Part shown: piece by piece, positions 40,564-52,436 of the stretch
Layout: every line of letters begins with the position of its first letter
How positions within the stretch are numbered: the first letter of the stretch is position 1
Origin: an uncultured Gammaproteobacteria bacterium
GTDB lineage: Bacteria; Pseudomonadota; Gammaproteobacteria; JAGOUU01
Direction: 5' to 3'
Assembly (NCBI GenBank): GCA_964609155.1
Contig: CAZSRF010000007.1
Location: forward strand, 839 to 64,838
Length of the DNA stretch: 64,000 nt
Translations under genes and position numbers: made by a program
The notes under the pieces: model-generated
Told to the model about the DNA's origin: nothing
Databases searched by the model: none
What the model saw: the letters and a program-made list of their open reading frames with translations, nothing else

Positions 40564-41142
40564 GTGGCAAATAAATTATTTTTTCTTTATTCATTTTTTA
40601 ATTTAATAATATTAAATATTAAGAACATTATTATTAATAAAATTAAAATTATTGGTAAATTTTATTATAGTGCCTTTAAGAATATCAATAACGAATATAA
40701 TTTAATACTAGAAAAAATAATCTTCTCTCCTAAACATAACCAAAAAATTCCGGTACTCCGTTTAACTGGTTCTGGCGGTTATATTTTAGAAACTGCAGCT
40801 AGTATTTTAAAAAATGAGAAATTTAAATGTTATCTACATCCAGATGATTTAATTACTATCTATAAATTAAATGAAGAACTACAAAGTAACAACCATATTG
40901 TTCAAGAAGATTTTAGTGGACAAATATATTTATCAAATGGTGACAAAGTAAATATCTATACACCCAATTTGGAAGAAATAGATCTTAATAAATTATTTTC
41001 ACTCCCCAAAAACCAGGCAGCTCGTTTACTCGAACAACGGGGGTTTAAAAAGGGCCGAGAAATTAGCCAAGAAATTGCCGAACTTAAATCAAATATTGTT
41101 AAATTAACCAGAAATAGTTTTAAGGTCATTACCAGACGCTAA
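40564..41142 (+). CDS. Hypothetical protein (192 aa), GTG start
   Basis: Long ORF with no internal Met. The N-terminal ~35 aa are very AT-codon-rich, so the true start is uncertain. Confidence 0.4.
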   Translation: MANKLFFLYSFFNLIILNIKNIIINKIKIIGKFYYSAFKNINNEYNLILEKIIFSPKHNQKIPVLRLTGSGGYILETAASILKNEKFKCYLHPDDLITIYKLNEELQSNNHIVQEDFSGQIYLSNGDKVNIYTPNLEEIDLNKLFSLPKNQAARLLEQRGFKKGREISQEIAELKSNIVKLTRNSFKVITRR

Positions 41143-41144
41143 AC

Positions 41145-41969
41145 TCAAGAAAACCAATGTGTCAGCATGGTACTATTAGCTAAAGAAAAGACTACTTCTA
41201 TCGCAATAAGTATAATAATAATTACCTCTAGTCTTGTGGAATGCTTATAATTTAACTCGTTAGATAAAATATGATATAACTCATGTATTGTATCTAATCT
41301 GTGATTTAAAATATTTTGTCTTATTTGAATATCTTGGAACTCTGCTGTCATTAGATACAGAGGCTCAAAACTTGGGCGGCGCCAAAAAAACTCCGGCGTA
41401 TCCAAAATATCACTATGTAAATTTACAGAATATCTTTCACTGAATAAAATACCAATCTGCTTAGAAATTTGTTTTTTTGATAAAGAAACACTACCTGTAT
41501 GAGCTAATTCTTTCTGTAACGGAGATGCTTGCTCTAAAAGATTAGAAACGGATTGTTCCAATGTGTTTAATTTTACAGACTGCGCCAATGCGTGCGAGAT
41601 TGATAATTTTATAAAAACTGAATCATCATTAAGAATAATCTCATTTTTTTCTTCATTGATAAAGGTCCTGGACTCACTATCATCACGCCTGTAGTAAATA
41701 AAATCACTTGATGGATTATTTAATTTGTCTATAGCATATTTATTAATTTGCTGAATTATTGCCTGCTCTTGCATTTCATCAGCCCCCCAAATCGTCACGC
41801 ACCCAAAAGGGAAAAAGAAAATATCTATATTAGATTCCATATATTTATTATCTTTCTGGACGTGAACAACGTCATCAAAATATTTAGGCTCAAGCCCAAT
41901 ATCACTCAGATGGGTAACAAAATCTTTTATATTGTATTCTGCAGCAGTACAGTAAGATGCACATCTCAT
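41145..41969 (-). CDS. RMD1/DUF155 (YagE) family protein
   Basis: FFFPFGCVTIWG core and a single C-terminal TM segment (LEVIIIILIAIEVVFSL), typical of the RMD1/RMND1 family. Confidence 0.7.
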   Translation of the reverse strand: MRCASYCTAAEYNIKDFVTHLSDIGLEPKYFDDVVHVQKDNKYMESNIDIFFFPFGCVTIWGADEMQEQAIIQQINKYAIDKLNNPSSDFIYYRRDDSESRTFINEEKNEIILNDDSVFIKLSISHALAQSVKLNTLEQSVSNLLEQASPLQKELAHTGSVSLSKKQISKQIGILFSERYSVNLHSDILDTPEFFWRRPSFEPLYLMTAEFQDIQIRQNILNHRLDTIHELYHILSNELNYKHSTRLEVIIIILIAIEVVFSLANSTMLTHWFS

Positions 41970-42038
41970 ATTAATAATGTATATAATAACTCGTATCTTT
42001 ATGATATCTATTAAATAAATAAAGTCAAATTAAGCCGC

Positions 42039-43625
42039 TTACTCCCACTCTATAGTCGCAGGTGGCTTACTTGAAATATCATAAACAACTCGTGAAATAC
42101 CCGGAACTTCGTTTATTATTCTATTAGAAGCTCTAGCTAACAATTCATAGGGCAGTGGCGACCAATCTGCAGACATAAAATCATGAGTACTTACTGCCCT
42201 TAAAGCGACAACATAATCATAGCTTCTAGCATCTCCCAAAACTGCAACTGATTTTACAGGCATAAAAACGACAAAAGCCTGGCTGGTTTTATCATACCAA
42301 TCATATTCTCTTAAGATTTCAATAAAAATACGATCTGCCTGGCGTAATAAATTCAAATATTCCGGTTTAATTTCACCTAGTATTCTAACAGCAAGCCCTG
42401 GGCCTGGAAAAGGATGTCTGTATACCATGGCATAAGGGATATTCAGCTGCAATCCTATTTTTCTTATTTCATCTTTAAATAGCTCTTTAAAAGGCTCTAA
42501 TAATTTGAAGGGTAATTGTTCTGGTAACCCGCCAACATTATGATGAGATTTAATCACTGTTGCTTTACCAGTTTTAGATGCAGCTGATTCAATAACATCA
42601 GGATAAATAGTACCTTGTGCTAGCCATTTAATCTTATTATTCTTATTAATCTTTTTTGCTTCTGCAACAAAAACATCAATAAAAACATGACCAATAATTT
42701 TACGTTTTTCCTCAGGATCGCTAATGTTTTTTAAAGCGTTTAAGAATTGTTTTTGCGCATCTACTACAATAAGATTAATTTCGAATTGGTTTTTAAAAGT
42801 ATTAACTACTTCTGTGACTTCATTATGTCTTAGTAAACCATTATCTACTAGGACACACACTAATTGTTTACCTATCGCTTTATGCAGCAATAAAGCCAAA
42901 ACTGATGAGTCCACACCACCAGATAAACCAAGTAACACCTGATCATCTTTAACTTGCTCACGAATTTGTTTAACACTATCGTCTATAATATTATTTATTG
43001 TCCATGATTTACTGCATGTACAAATATTACAAATAAAATTGCTTAACAACACATTACCACATTCAGTATGTGTCACTTCCGGGTGGAACTGTAATCCATA
43101 ATATGGCTTAGCTACATGCGCCATAGCTGCTACAGAAGTATTTTCTGTAGTCGCTGTAACAATAAAATCTTTGGGTAATTTTGTGACTTTATCACCATGG
43201 CTCATCCAAACATGAGTATTATTAACAATGTGCTCAAATAGATTATATTGTGCTTTATTCGTATTTATTTGGTTATTTTGAATCTCTATAGGTGCATGCC
43301 CAAATTCACGATGCTCAGAACTCTCCACTTGTCCACCTAATTGTACAGCCATAGTTTGCATACCATAGCAAATTCCTAATATGGGGCAATTGAGCTCAAA
43401 AATAATTTTTGGCGCCCGATACGTATCATTACTAGTAACAGAAGCTGGTCCTCCTGATAAAATAATTCCTTTAGGATTAAAGGCTTTAATTAAATCATCT
43501 CCAACATCACAATGATAAATCTCACAATAGACACCCAGCTCTCGTACTCTGCGGGCTATTAATTGAGTAGTCTGCGAACCAAAATCTAAAATTAATATGT
43601 TATCCATATTTTTTATATGACTCAT
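42039..43625 (-). CDS. guaA: GMP synthase (glutamine-hydrolysing)
   Basis: GATase (GICYGMQ, catalytic Cys), SGGVDSS PP-loop, C-terminal ...PPATIEWE. Confidence 0.97.
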   Translation of the reverse strand: MSHIKNMDNILILDFGSQTTQLIARRVRELGVYCEIYHCDVGDDLIKAFNPKGIILSGGPASVTSNDTYRAPKIIFELNCPILGICYGMQTMAVQLGGQVESSEHREFGHAPIEIQNNQINTNKAQYNLFEHIVNNTHVWMSHGDKVTKLPKDFIVTATTENTSVAAMAHVAKPYYGLQFHPEVTHTECGNVLLSNFICNICTCSKSWTINNIIDDSVKQIREQVKDDQVLLGLSGGVDSSVLALLLHKAIGKQLVCVLVDNGLLRHNEVTEVVNTFKNQFEINLIVVDAQKQFLNALKNISDPEEKRKIIGHVFIDVFVAEAKKINKNNKIKWLAQGTIYPDVIESAASKTGKATVIKSHHNVGGLPEQLPFKLLEPFKELFKDEIRKIGLQLNIPYAMVYRHPFPGPGLAVRILGEIKPEYLNLLRQADRIFIEILREYDWYDKTSQAFVVFMPVKSVAVLGDARSYDYVVALRAVSTHDFMSADWSPLPYELLARASNRIINEVPGISRVVYDISSKPPATIEWE

Positions 43626-43636
43626 TTTAATTAAAT

Positions 43637-45112
43637 CTAATCTTTCGTAAGCTGATAATTAGGTGGTTCTTTAGTTATAGTGACATCATGAACATGACTT
43701 TCCATCATGCCAGCACCAGTGATTTTTACAAATTTTGCAATATGTTGTAAGGTGGAAATATCCTTACTGCCCATATATCCCATACCTGATCGCAAACCAC
43801 CTACCAGTTGATGCAAAATAGCAACTACTGATCCCTTATATGGTACTCGACCTTCTATGCCCTCTGGGACAAGTTTCTCAGCACCACTGGAACTATCTTG
43901 AAAGTAACGATCGCTTGAGCCATCTTTTCTAACCATGGCCCCTAAAGATCCCATTCCCCTATATGATTTATAAGATCTGCCCTGAAATAATTCTACTTCT
44001 CCAGGCGCCTCTTCAGTACCCGCAAACATTCCACCCATCATAACAGTATCAGCACCCGCTGCAATGGCTTTGACTATATCTCCTGAATGTCTAATACCTC
44101 CATCTGCTATGACAGCAACACCTGTATTTTTTAATGCCTTACTTACATTACTGATTGCTGTGATCTGAGGAACGCCAACGCCAGCTATAATTCTAGTCGT
44201 ACAAATAGATCCCGGACCAATGCCTACTTTTACAGCATCAACTCCTGCTTTATAAAGCGCCTTTGCAGCTTCCGCAGTAGCTATATTACCAGCGATTACT
44301 TGAAGATTAGGATATTTTTTCTTAACCCAAGTAACTCTATCAATAACACCTTGTGAATGGCCATGAGCTGTATCCACCACTAAAACATCCACTCCCGCAG
44401 ATACCAAGGCAGCAACACGTTCTTCAGTATCTCCGCCTACACCCACGGCAGCTCCAACTAGTAAACGACCTAAGTCATCTTTTGAAGCATTAGGCTTTTC
44501 TTTTTCTTTTAAAATATCTCTAACCGTAATTAAACCCACTAGTTCAAAATTGTTATTTACCATTAAAATTTTTTCAATACGATGTTGATGCAATAAATTT
44601 AACACTGTTTCTCTCGTCGCTTCACCTTCTTTTACAGTAACTAATTTACTTTTAGGTGTCATAATGTTCGCAACAGGTTGTTCTAAGTTAGTTTCGAAAC
44701 GCATATCTCTATTTGTTACTATACCAACTACTTTATTGTTCTCAATGACAGGAACGCCCGAAAAATTATGCTTTTTAGTTAAAGCTAGAAGCTCCGCCAC
44801 CGTTGCTGTAGGCGAAATCGTAATAGCGTCTTTTACAACCCCACTTTCATATTTTTTAACTTGATTGACCTCAGCAGCTTGTCGCTCTATGGACATACTT
44901 TTGTGAATAATACCAATACCGCCTTCTTTGGCTAATGCAATTGCTAACTTAAACTCTGTCACTGTATCCATAGCAGCTGATAAAACAGGTATATTAATAT
45001 TAATTTTTTTTGTTAACTTTGAGTTAGTATTAACATCGCGAGGTAATACTTCTGAATGTAATGGAATTAAAGAGACATCATCAAAGGTAAAAGCTTCTTC
45101 TATAATCTGCAT
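43637..45112 (-). CDS. guaB: IMP dehydrogenase
   Basis: Motifs FDDVSLIP, the CBS pair, [11 protein letters not shown] (catalytic Cys) and GGIRHSGD. Confidence 0.97.
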   Translation of the reverse strand: MQIIEEAFTFDDVSLIPLHSEVLPRDVNTNSKLTKKININIPVLSAAMDTVTEFKLAIALAKEGGIGIIHKSMSIERQAAEVNQVKKYESGVVKDAITISPTATVAELLALTKKHNFSGVPVIENNKVVGIVTNRDMRFETNLEQPVANIMTPKSKLVTVKEGEATRETVLNLLHQHRIEKILMVNNNFELVGLITVRDILKEKEKPNASKDDLGRLLVGAAVGVGGDTEERVAALVSAGVDVLVVDTAHGHSQGVIDRVTWVKKKYPNLQVIAGNIATAEAAKALYKAGVDAVKVGIGPGSICTTRIIAGVGVPQITAISNVSKALKNTGVAVIADGGIRHSGDIVKAIAAGADTVMMGGMFAGTEEAPGEVELFQGRSYKSYRGMGSLGAMVRKDGSSDRYFQDSSSGAEKLVPEGIEGRVPYKGSVVAILHQLVGGLRSGMGYMGSKDISTLQHIAKFVKITGAGMMESHVHDVTITKEPPNYQLTKD

Positions 45113-45188
45113 AGTATAAAACCCAAATGTAATTTGTAGGCCATTATAGAGAATATTTTCTCTCTTATCAAAACTTAGATTGTTTGAT

Positions 45189-48100
45189 TTACTGCATCCT
45201 TTCTTCTGTAAACATCTTGCTGTCTTCCTTTTCTTTAGGCAGATCTTTCAACCAACTAAGCTCTATTAGACTCCCTCGCTTATTCTTAAGTTTCTTTACT
45301 TTAGGATCTCTCCATGCGCCTGTAATAGAATAAGCACGCTCAGATATTTGATCAACTGGGGACTCTAGTATTTTATCTACTAAAAACACTACAGCCCCTG
45401 CAACTGGCGTACCTACAACGGCCGCGGCAACAGGCAATCCGCTGGTAACATGAGGTGTTATATCAGCTTTCATATCATAAGTTTTTTCAATAATATTTAC
45501 CCCCCCGTATAATTCAACATCCGCCGATCCTGCTGCAAGCTTAGCTTTTGTTGTAGTTAATATACCATTTTTTAACGTAAATTTTCCACGCAAATCATCA
45601 AACTTAAATCCTGGTTCAAAAACATCAGAAAAATCTAATCGTAGGCGCTTTTCCAATGAACCCAAATTAAAGAACCCAAACAATCTCCCAATCCCTAGCT
45701 CTACATCATAGATTTTGCCATACCCTGAGTCTATTGTTAACTCTCCACCAGCTATACTCATATCAAAATCTAATAGATTCTTAGGCCAAGAAATATTGTA
45801 GTGACCATCAAATTTGATTTTTTCTCGAAAAACAACATCATCAAATACACTAACTACTTTCGGTAAATTTTTAATTTTATACGTCCCCTGTATCTTAGAC
45901 TCACCATCTACAATATATTCTGCCTTTAAATTTAAATTTAAATTTTGACCATTGAGCGAACTATTGCTAACGATAAATTTCTTTTCTTTTTTCTCTACTT
46001 TCGTATTTACCAGCAACTTGCCCAAATCTACATTATTGTAATTAAAATTATCTATCTTCAATACTATATTAGGAAAATTAAGAAACTCTTTATTTTGCAA
46101 AGTAAATGGCTCTCGTTTAGGGTTATCATCTTGATATAAAATAAGTTTATTTAAATCTGCAAATATTGCTTCTACATCTTCGTTTTTATTTTTAATAAAA
46201 TTAACATTACCTATTATATCATCCGTATCTATAGCTATAGATGAGAGCTTTGGAGAATTAAAATAAGAAAAACTACTTATTTTGTGACTCTTTTGCTTAA
46301 GACTCGTACTCCCATTAGAATGGTGAACTGTTAAGTTACTAACATGCTTGAAAGCATCTTCTTGCATAATTAATTTTACAACTAATTTTTGCTGAGGCTT
46401 TTTATTAAATGCACTATTAAACCATGTCTTGGGTAAATTAATAGCAACTCCATCTAACTCAGAATTAGCTCTTATCGTTAAATCCTTACCTTTTTGTTTC
46501 AAATTAAAAATAAATGGGGTTATACCGGTAATATATTTATCAGAAATGAGGTTGAAATATTTATTCAAATTATCAAAATCGAACCATCCTGTTAAATTTA
46601 GACTTAATCCTTTTTTATTGTTTTGATCTAAATTCAAGTTAATTTTCGCTTCTTTGTTATTAAAAGAAGATCTAATATTATCTCCAGATACTCCATGATC
46701 AGTAAAAAATAATTTACCAGTTAAATCATTAAACACAAATGGTGTATCTTTGATTTCTAATTTATTCTTCAAAAACCCTAAATTACCTGCTATAGCCATT
46801 TTTTTATAATCAAGCAAAGGTATGGATAAATTTAATGAAAGATCCATAGGGCCAAAAAATTTTGTAACATTAGTGACAACACCGATACTCGTATTAAGTG
46901 GCGTATGTTGAATAATATGAACTAAGTCTTCACTTGTTGTTTTAATCTCGCTTTCCAGTTGCAAGGTATATGCTGATGCTATATTATCTATTCCTAATCC
47001 CGGAATTTTCACAGAAATATTGTTAATACTACTATTACTAATCTTTGCATCAGTAGATGCTATATTTAGCTCTCTTCCACGCAACAATAATACAGCATTC
47101 ATATCATAAATTTTTGGCCAAACTTTGCTATAATCTACGTTGACATTTAACAACTCTGCTCTCAATAAAAATACGCCTTCAGGCTTATCATATTGACTAT
47201 CATAGGGGAAACTAGCGTTAAGGTTACCTCGCCACAGAATTCTTGCATCTCCTATTTGCCCAGACTCCACATGGTTTTTCAGCCAGTTACCAGTATCATT
47301 TTCTAGTAAATAAACTGGCAAATGAGAAATAAATTTTTTGATGTCAACATATCCAAATTCTATGTTACTGGTAATCTGCAAATTCTCTTTCTTACCTTCG
47401 CGCAGCACATCAGCTTTTACAATAAAATTTGAACCAGCTAAGTTTACTCTAACATCATCCAGCTTAAGATGAAATTTATCAAAAAAATTAAATTTACTTT
47501 TGTTAGAGTATGTAAGATCACCATGTATTTCTTTTAGTTCTAAGACTTTATCCACGTCTAAAACTATTTTAATTTGTGGTGAATCTACATGTATCTGTAG
47601 ATCTGGTGACAATTCTAAATTTTCAATATCTGTATTCTTAAGGCTACCCCATATTTTTAACAAAGTATTGGGATGAAAATTTATTGCCTTTAATCGATTG
47701 CTGTCAATTAATTTTTTTGTGATAAATGTGTATAATTGGCAACTGTTTGTAGCAAAATAAAACTGATGATCTGCCCTAGAAATATTTTCTACATTTGCTT
47801 TATTATATCTAGCCGCAAACTCAAGTTTTTCTAATGATTCTGGCAATAATAATGAAGTGTATAATGACAGATAATATTTACTATTATGAATCTTTAGTTT
47901 ATCTAATCTATATTGATTAAAACTAATATTTTTCAACCTAAAATTTTGGATAAAAAACTTATTCTGATCACGCAGATCGTTAATATATTTTCTTATAATA
48001 TCTTCAGGATTTTTTGTGAAACTTGAGTCTTTTGCTATCTCCTGGTTAAAAATTAATTTTCCATCTTCTATACTTACTTGATCAACAACAAGCTTACCGA

Positions 48101-48452
48101 ATAAGATAGTTTTCATGGGATGCATCAATATTTTAACATCAGAAACCTCAATACTTTCTTCAGGCTTTAAAGATAAATCATTAATAGCTTTATTTTTAAG
48201 AACAACATCACTCGCCTGAATGTATATTTTAAGGCCGTGCCAACTGGCCGTAATTTTAGGGATATTAATATGATAGTCTGTTGATTTTTCTATATAACTT
48301 ATGATTTCTTGCTTATAGCTTGGAATGATGCTTACTATAATTGCACACATCCCGTAAAAACCTAGGATAATAATAAATAATGCACACAACAGTTTATAGA
48401 TAACTGTTTTTATTTTATAAATATTGTCAATTATTTTAAACATAACTAACAT
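45189..48452 (-). CDS. yhdP: YhdP-family (AsmA-like) large envelope protein
   Basis: N-terminal TM anchor, long beta-rich body, and a C-terminus ([15 protein letters not shown]...[10 protein letters not shown]) typical of YhdP/TIGR02099. Confidence 0.75.
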   Translation of the reverse strand: MLVMFKIIDNIYKIKTVIYKLLCALFIIILGFYGMCAIIVSIIPSYKQEIISYIEKSTDYHINIPKITASWHGLKIYIQASDVVLKNKAINDLSLKPEESIEVSDVKILMHPMKTILFGKLVVDQVSIEDGKLIFNQEIAKDSSFTKNPEDIIRKYINDLRDQNKFFIQNFRLKNISFNQYRLDKLKIHNSKYYLSLYTSLLLPESLEKLEFAARYNKANVENISRADHQFYFATNSCQLYTFITKKLIDSNRLKAINFHPNTLLKIWGSLKNTDIENLELSPDLQIHVDSPQIKIVLDVDKVLELKEIHGDLTYSNKSKFNFFDKFHLKLDDVRVNLAGSNFIVKADVLREGKKENLQITSNIEFGYVDIKKFISHLPVYLLENDTGNWLKNHVESGQIGDARILWRGNLNASFPYDSQYDKPEGVFLLRAELLNVNVDYSKVWPKIYDMNAVLLLRGRELNIASTDAKISNSSINNISVKIPGLGIDNIASAYTLQLESEIKTTSEDLVHIIQHTPLNTSIGVVTNVTKFFGPMDLSLNLSIPLLDYKKMAIAGNLGFLKNKLEIKDTPFVFNDLTGKLFFTDHGVSGDNIRSSFNNKEAKINLNLDQNNKKGLSLNLTGWFDFDNLNKYFNLISDKYITGITPFIFNLKQKGKDLTIRANSELDGVAINLPKTWFNSAFNKKPQQKLVVKLIMQEDAFKHVSNLTVHHSNGSTSLKQKSHKISSFSYFNSPKLSSIAIDTDDIIGNVNFIKNKNEDVEAIFADLNKLILYQDDNPKREPFTLQNKEFLNFPNIVLKIDNFNYNNVDLGKLLVNTKVEKKEKKFIVSNSSLNGQNLNLNLKAEYIVDGESKIQGTYKIKNLPKVVSVFDDVVFREKIKFDGHYNISWPKNLLDFDMSIAGGELTIDSGYGKIYDVELGIGRLFGFFNLGSLEKRLRLDFSDVFEPGFKFDDLRGKFTLKNGILTTTKAKLAAGSADVELYGGVNIIEKTYDMKADITPHVTSGLPVAAAVVGTPVAGAVVFLVDKILESPVDQISERAYSITGAWRDPKVKKLKNKRGSLIELSWLKDLPKEKEDSKMFTEERMQ

Positions 48453-48543
48453 CCTAGCATTATTTTATAAGCATGCACAGCGTTTATTATATTATTAAAT
48501 ATACACTATACATGATAAACTATAGAGCATTACATTGCTATGC

Positions 48544-49026
48544 TTATCGCTTAGCTTTAAAAAAATCTTTTAACAATCTTGAGCATTCCTCAGACAAGAT
48601 ATTGCCTATAATATCTATCTGATGATTAACAAGGTATATTTTAGATAAATCAATCAACCCACCAATACTCCCTGTTTTTGGATCAGTTGCTCCAAAATAT
48701 AATTTTTTAACTCTTGCATGCAATAACGCACCTAGACACATCATACAAGGTTCCAGTGTTACATAAATCTCACAATCAATTAATCTATAATTATTTAACT
48801 TTTTACTAGCAGCGCGCATACACTCAATTTCAGCATGAGCAGTGGGATCACAAGATACAATATTGCTATTAAAAGCTTTTGCGATTAAAGCATTATTTTT
48901 CACAATAACAGCTCCAACAGGAACATCACCTTTGGATTCTGCAATCTTTGCTTGCTCTAAAGCTACAGTCATCCAATACTCAGGATGATTGCCTGTGGAA
49001 GACATATTAGCTGAATTTTCTACCAT
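48544..49026 (-). CDS. tadA: tRNA adenosine(34) deaminase
   Basis: HAEIECM and PCMMCLGAL zinc motifs. Confidence 0.9.
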   Translation of the reverse strand: MVENSANMSSTGNHPEYWMTVALEQAKIAESKGDVPVGAVIVKNNALIAKAFNSNIVSCDPTAHAEIECMRAASKKLNNYRLIDCEIYVTLEPCMMCLGALLHARVKKLYFGATDPKTGSIGGLIDLSKIYLVNHQIDIIGNILSEECSRLLKDFFKAKR

Positions 49027-49063
49027 AGACTAATAGACCTACAATATACTAACACTTAACTGT

Positions 49064-49987
49064 CTATGGCAGATAATCAACTTGTCTCTTTGCTGGTAAC
49101 AAATCTGATTTATTTAATCCAAGCACTAATGCTAAAGCACCTGCTATATAAATAGAAGAATAAGTACCAACTAATATGCCTATACATAATGATAATGAAA
49201 AACCATGAAGAGTGGGGCCACCGAAAATCAATAGGGCAATAACAACCAAAAGAGTTAAACCAGATGTCATAATTGTTCTGGATAGTGTTTGATTTATAGA
49301 TAGATTAATAACCTCTAATGGGGTTGCTTTTCTTAACTTAATGAAATTTTCTTTCACTCTATCAAACACAACAATTGTATCATTCAAAGAATACCCAATA
49401 ACTGCAAGGATACCAGCTAGTGTAGTCAAATCGAATTCGACTTGAAACAATGAGAATAACAATAAAATCACTATAGGATCGTGGGCTAAAGCAACCGCTG
49501 CTGCAATAGCAAACCTCTTTTCAAAACGCATTGCAATATAGATCATTGTAGCTACTAATGCCACAAGAATAGCCAAGCTCCCTTGTTCTGCCAATTCAGC
49601 TCCAACTTGTGCACCTATAGCATCTACTCTACGCAACTCAACCTTATCGCCTGTAGAGGTTAATAACTTTATTATATTTTCCGCAACTACTTTTTCATTG
49701 ACATCTTTTCTTGCTGCTAACCGTATAATAACTTCTTTTGGTGAACCAAAACTTTGAACTACTGCTTCAGAATAATCTGTTTTTAATCTGTTTCTAATTT
49801 CCGTTAATGGCGCGTCTTGCTCATAACCTAATTCAACAACAATACCACCTGTAAAATCTAAACTCCAATTTATTCCTTTAAGATATATGCTAACAAAAGA
49901 AGCTATTATCAATATCCCTGATACAATAGCTGTCAGACCTCTAATACGCATGAAGTCAATTCTTGTGGTTTTTGGGAAAAACTCCAT
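49064..49987 (-). CDS. secF: Protein translocase subunit SecF
   Basis: FMRIRG...LDFTGG, six TM segments, follows secD. Confidence 0.95.
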   Translation of the reverse strand: MEFFPKTTRIDFMRIRGLTAIVSGILIIASFVSIYLKGINWSLDFTGGIVVELGYEQDAPLTEIRNRLKTDYSEAVVQSFGSPKEVIIRLAARKDVNEKVVAENIIKLLTSTGDKVELRRVDAIGAQVGAELAEQGSLAILVALVATMIYIAMRFEKRFAIAAAVALAHDPIVILLLFSLFQVEFDLTTLAGILAVIGYSLNDTIVVFDRVKENFIKLRKATPLEVINLSINQTLSRTIMTSGLTLLVVIALLIFGGPTLHGFSLSLCIGILVGTYSSIYIAGALALVLGLNKSDLLPAKRQVDYLP

Positions 49988-50010
49988 GATTACTCCTAAT
50001 TTAATTAATT

Positions 50011-51960
50011 TTAAATCCCTATTGGTAACTTAGACAATCTTCTATCACCATACACTAAATTAACAATTGCTCTGGAACCTGTGATAGCAGTGAACATTGA
50101 GGTTAAAAGACCAATAGTTAAGACTAAAGCAAAGCCTTTTACAGCACCTGATCCAATGCTAAACAATACGATAGCTGCAATTAACGTTGTAACATTAGAG
50201 TCAATAATGGTAGAAAGAGCTTTATCATAACCTGCTTTAATGCTTGCCTGTATAGGAGTACCCAGTCTTAATTCTTCTCTGATACGCTCAAAAATTAAAA
50301 CATTTGCATCCACGGCCATACCTAAAGTTAAAACAATACCAGCAATACCAGGTAGTGTCATTGTAACACCAATTAAAGAGCATACTGCCACTAGTAATAC
50401 TAAATTCATAAATAATGCCATATTAGCAATTATGCCAAAAACTCTGTAGTATAGAATCATAAATAATACAACAAACATCAAGCCATAGATTACAGAGTTC
50501 AGCCCCATAGCGATATTGTCTTTACCAAGACTAGGGCCAATCGTCCGTTCAGAAACGATATGAACAGGTGCAGGCAAAGCACCTGCACGAAGTAATAATG
50601 CTAAGTTTTTAGCTTCTTGCATCGACTGCAATCCTGTGATTTGGAAACGTTTACCTAAAGCGGTTGTAATAGTTGCAATCGAAATAATCTCTTTAGTAAT
50701 TTCTTTAGAAACTTTAACCTCACCACCCTTATCATCAGGCGTCTCTTTCATTCTGGTTTCAACATAGACTGTAGCCATTGGCTTACCCTGATTCTCGAGC
50801 GTAACTTGACTAAATTTTCTTATAGAAGCTGAACTCCCACTTAAAGTGATAACTACTGATGGTCGGCTATTTTGGGGATCAACATCAGCATAGGCGGTTA
50901 CAATAGATTCTCCAGTTATAATAACATCATTTTTAACAGCCTCTTTGTAGCCATTACTTTGCATGGGTAACATAACATAACCAACAGGTACTGAAGAACC
51001 ATAATCTCTACCAGCATAGGCTAAACGAAATTCAACAGTTGCAGTTTTGCCTATAATGTCTTTAGCACGAGCTGTATCCTGTATCCCAGGTAATTCCACA
51101 ACAACTCGGTTAGTCCCTTGTCTTTGAACAATAGCCTCAGCTACCCCCAATTCATTGACACGCTTACGCAACGTAATAATACTTTGCTCCATTGCATAAT
51201 TTCTTATTTTAGTTTTTTCTGTATCAGAAAACTTTAAGACGAGAACGTTATTATCTTTGTCATTTGCTTTAGAAATGACCAAGTGAGAAAATTGTTTTTG
51301 CAATAAAATACTTGCGTTATCTAGATCTTCGACTGTTTTTAATCGCACTAGTATCGCTGTATCATCTGCTGTATCTGCTACAGTAACAGGGCTTTCTGTA
51401 CCAACATTATCTGAATTGAGATTAGAGTTAGAGCTAGACTTTAACGTCACTCCTCTATAGCGGATATTCTCTTCTCTTAATTGTTTTCTGATCTCCTCAA
51501 TATCACTTTCTATGTAGCGAGTCAAAGCTGCCTTAGTGTCAACTTCCATTAAGAAATGTACACCACCACGCAAATCTAAACCCAATTTCATAGGCTCAGC
51601 TCCGATGCTTGTCAACCACTTAGGCGTCGCAGGAGCTATATTTAGAGCAACTATGTAATTATCACCTAAGGTTGCTTTGACCCATGTCTTTGCTGTTAAT
51701 TGAGACTCAGAATCGTTCAACCGTATTAAGAGACCGTTATCTTGCTTCTCAATACTTTTGTAAACAATACTTTTTTGAGCTAAAACTGTTTCCACTTGTT
51801 CCTGCATTTCAACAAGCTGCTCAGGGGCGATTCCTTTGCTAGAACTTACCTGTAAAGCATAATCTTCGCCAAACAAGTTAGGCAATGAGTACAATGCACC
51901 TAATATGACTATAAATAATACTAACAAATTTTTCCAAAGAGGGTATTTATTCATAGCCAT
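50011..51960 (-). CDS. secD: Protein translocase subunit SecD
   Basis: MNKYPLWKN..., LGLDLRGGVHF, and a C-terminal six-TM domain with GMAVDANVLIFERIREE. Confidence 0.95.
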   Translation of the reverse strand: MAMNKYPLWKNLLVLFIVILGALYSLPNLFGEDYALQVSSSKGIAPEQLVEMQEQVETVLAQKSIVYKSIEKQDNGLLIRLNDSESQLTAKTWVKATLGDNYIVALNIAPATPKWLTSIGAEPMKLGLDLRGGVHFLMEVDTKAALTRYIESDIEEIRKQLREENIRYRGVTLKSSSNSNLNSDNVGTESPVTVADTADDTAILVRLKTVEDLDNASILLQKQFSHLVISKANDKDNNVLVLKFSDTEKTKIRNYAMEQSIITLRKRVNELGVAEAIVQRQGTNRVVVELPGIQDTARAKDIIGKTATVEFRLAYAGRDYGSSVPVGYVMLPMQSNGYKEAVKNDVIITGESIVTAYADVDPQNSRPSVVITLSGSSASIRKFSQVTLENQGKPMATVYVETRMKETPDDKGGEVKVSKEITKEIISIATITTALGKRFQITGLQSMQEAKNLALLLRAGALPAPVHIVSERTIGPSLGKDNIAMGLNSVIYGLMFVVLFMILYYRVFGIIANMALFMNLVLLVAVCSLIGVTMTLPGIAGIVLTLGMAVDANVLIFERIREELRLGTPIQASIKAGYDKALSTIIDSNVTTLIAAIVLFSIGSGAVKGFALVLTIGLLTSMFTAITGSRAIVNLVYGDRRLSKLPIGI

Positions 51961-52017
51961 GTTATATTCTTCCTAAACATTTATCTACAGATTATATATA
52001 CTTATTTCCTAAGAGTA

Positions 52018-52341
52018 TCAAATAGACTTTAAAGTTCCCTTGGGCAATACACTACGGATGTGACTTTTTTGCATCTTAATCTCGACATTATCTGCAATAT
52101 TGAGAATAATATAATCGTCTTTTAACCTCACTATTTTACCCATTATTCCAGAGTAAGTGATTACCTCATCATTTTTATCAAGTTTACTGATAAGATTGTT
52201 TTGTTCTTGTTCTTTTTTTTGCCTAGGACGGATAGAAAGAAAATAAAATACCAAAAAAAAGCTAGCCATTAAAATCAGCAGAGAAAAATTACTCGCTTGA
52301 CTTTGCGCAACATCAGATGCTGCATATGCAGTTGGAAACAT
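52018..52341 (-). CDS. yajC: Preprotein translocase subunit YajC
   Basis: Single TM segment plus RPRQKKEQE, then DEVITYSGIMGKIV. Confidence 0.9.
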   Translation of the reverse strand: MFPTAYAASDVAQSQASNFSLLILMASFFLVFYFLSIRPRQKKEQEQNNLISKLDKNDEVITYSGIMGKIVRLKDDYIILNIADNVEIKMQKSHIRSVLPKGTLKSI

Positions 52342-52436
52342 TTCGTACCTCTTATAAATTTATTACAATTATTCTAATATGTTTTAATATGCCTTTTAAG
52401 CAATGTAATTTCGTCTATTATATACAACTCTATTTT

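Noticed and set aside
41748-46626. Antisense ORFs in the RMD1, guaA, guaB and yhdP genes (41748-42014, 42724-42942, 44664-44864, 44928-45119, 45945-46139, 46429-46626)
   Set aside because: They are shadow ORFs inside well-supported genes. Their translations are low-complexity and reflect AT-rich antisense codons.
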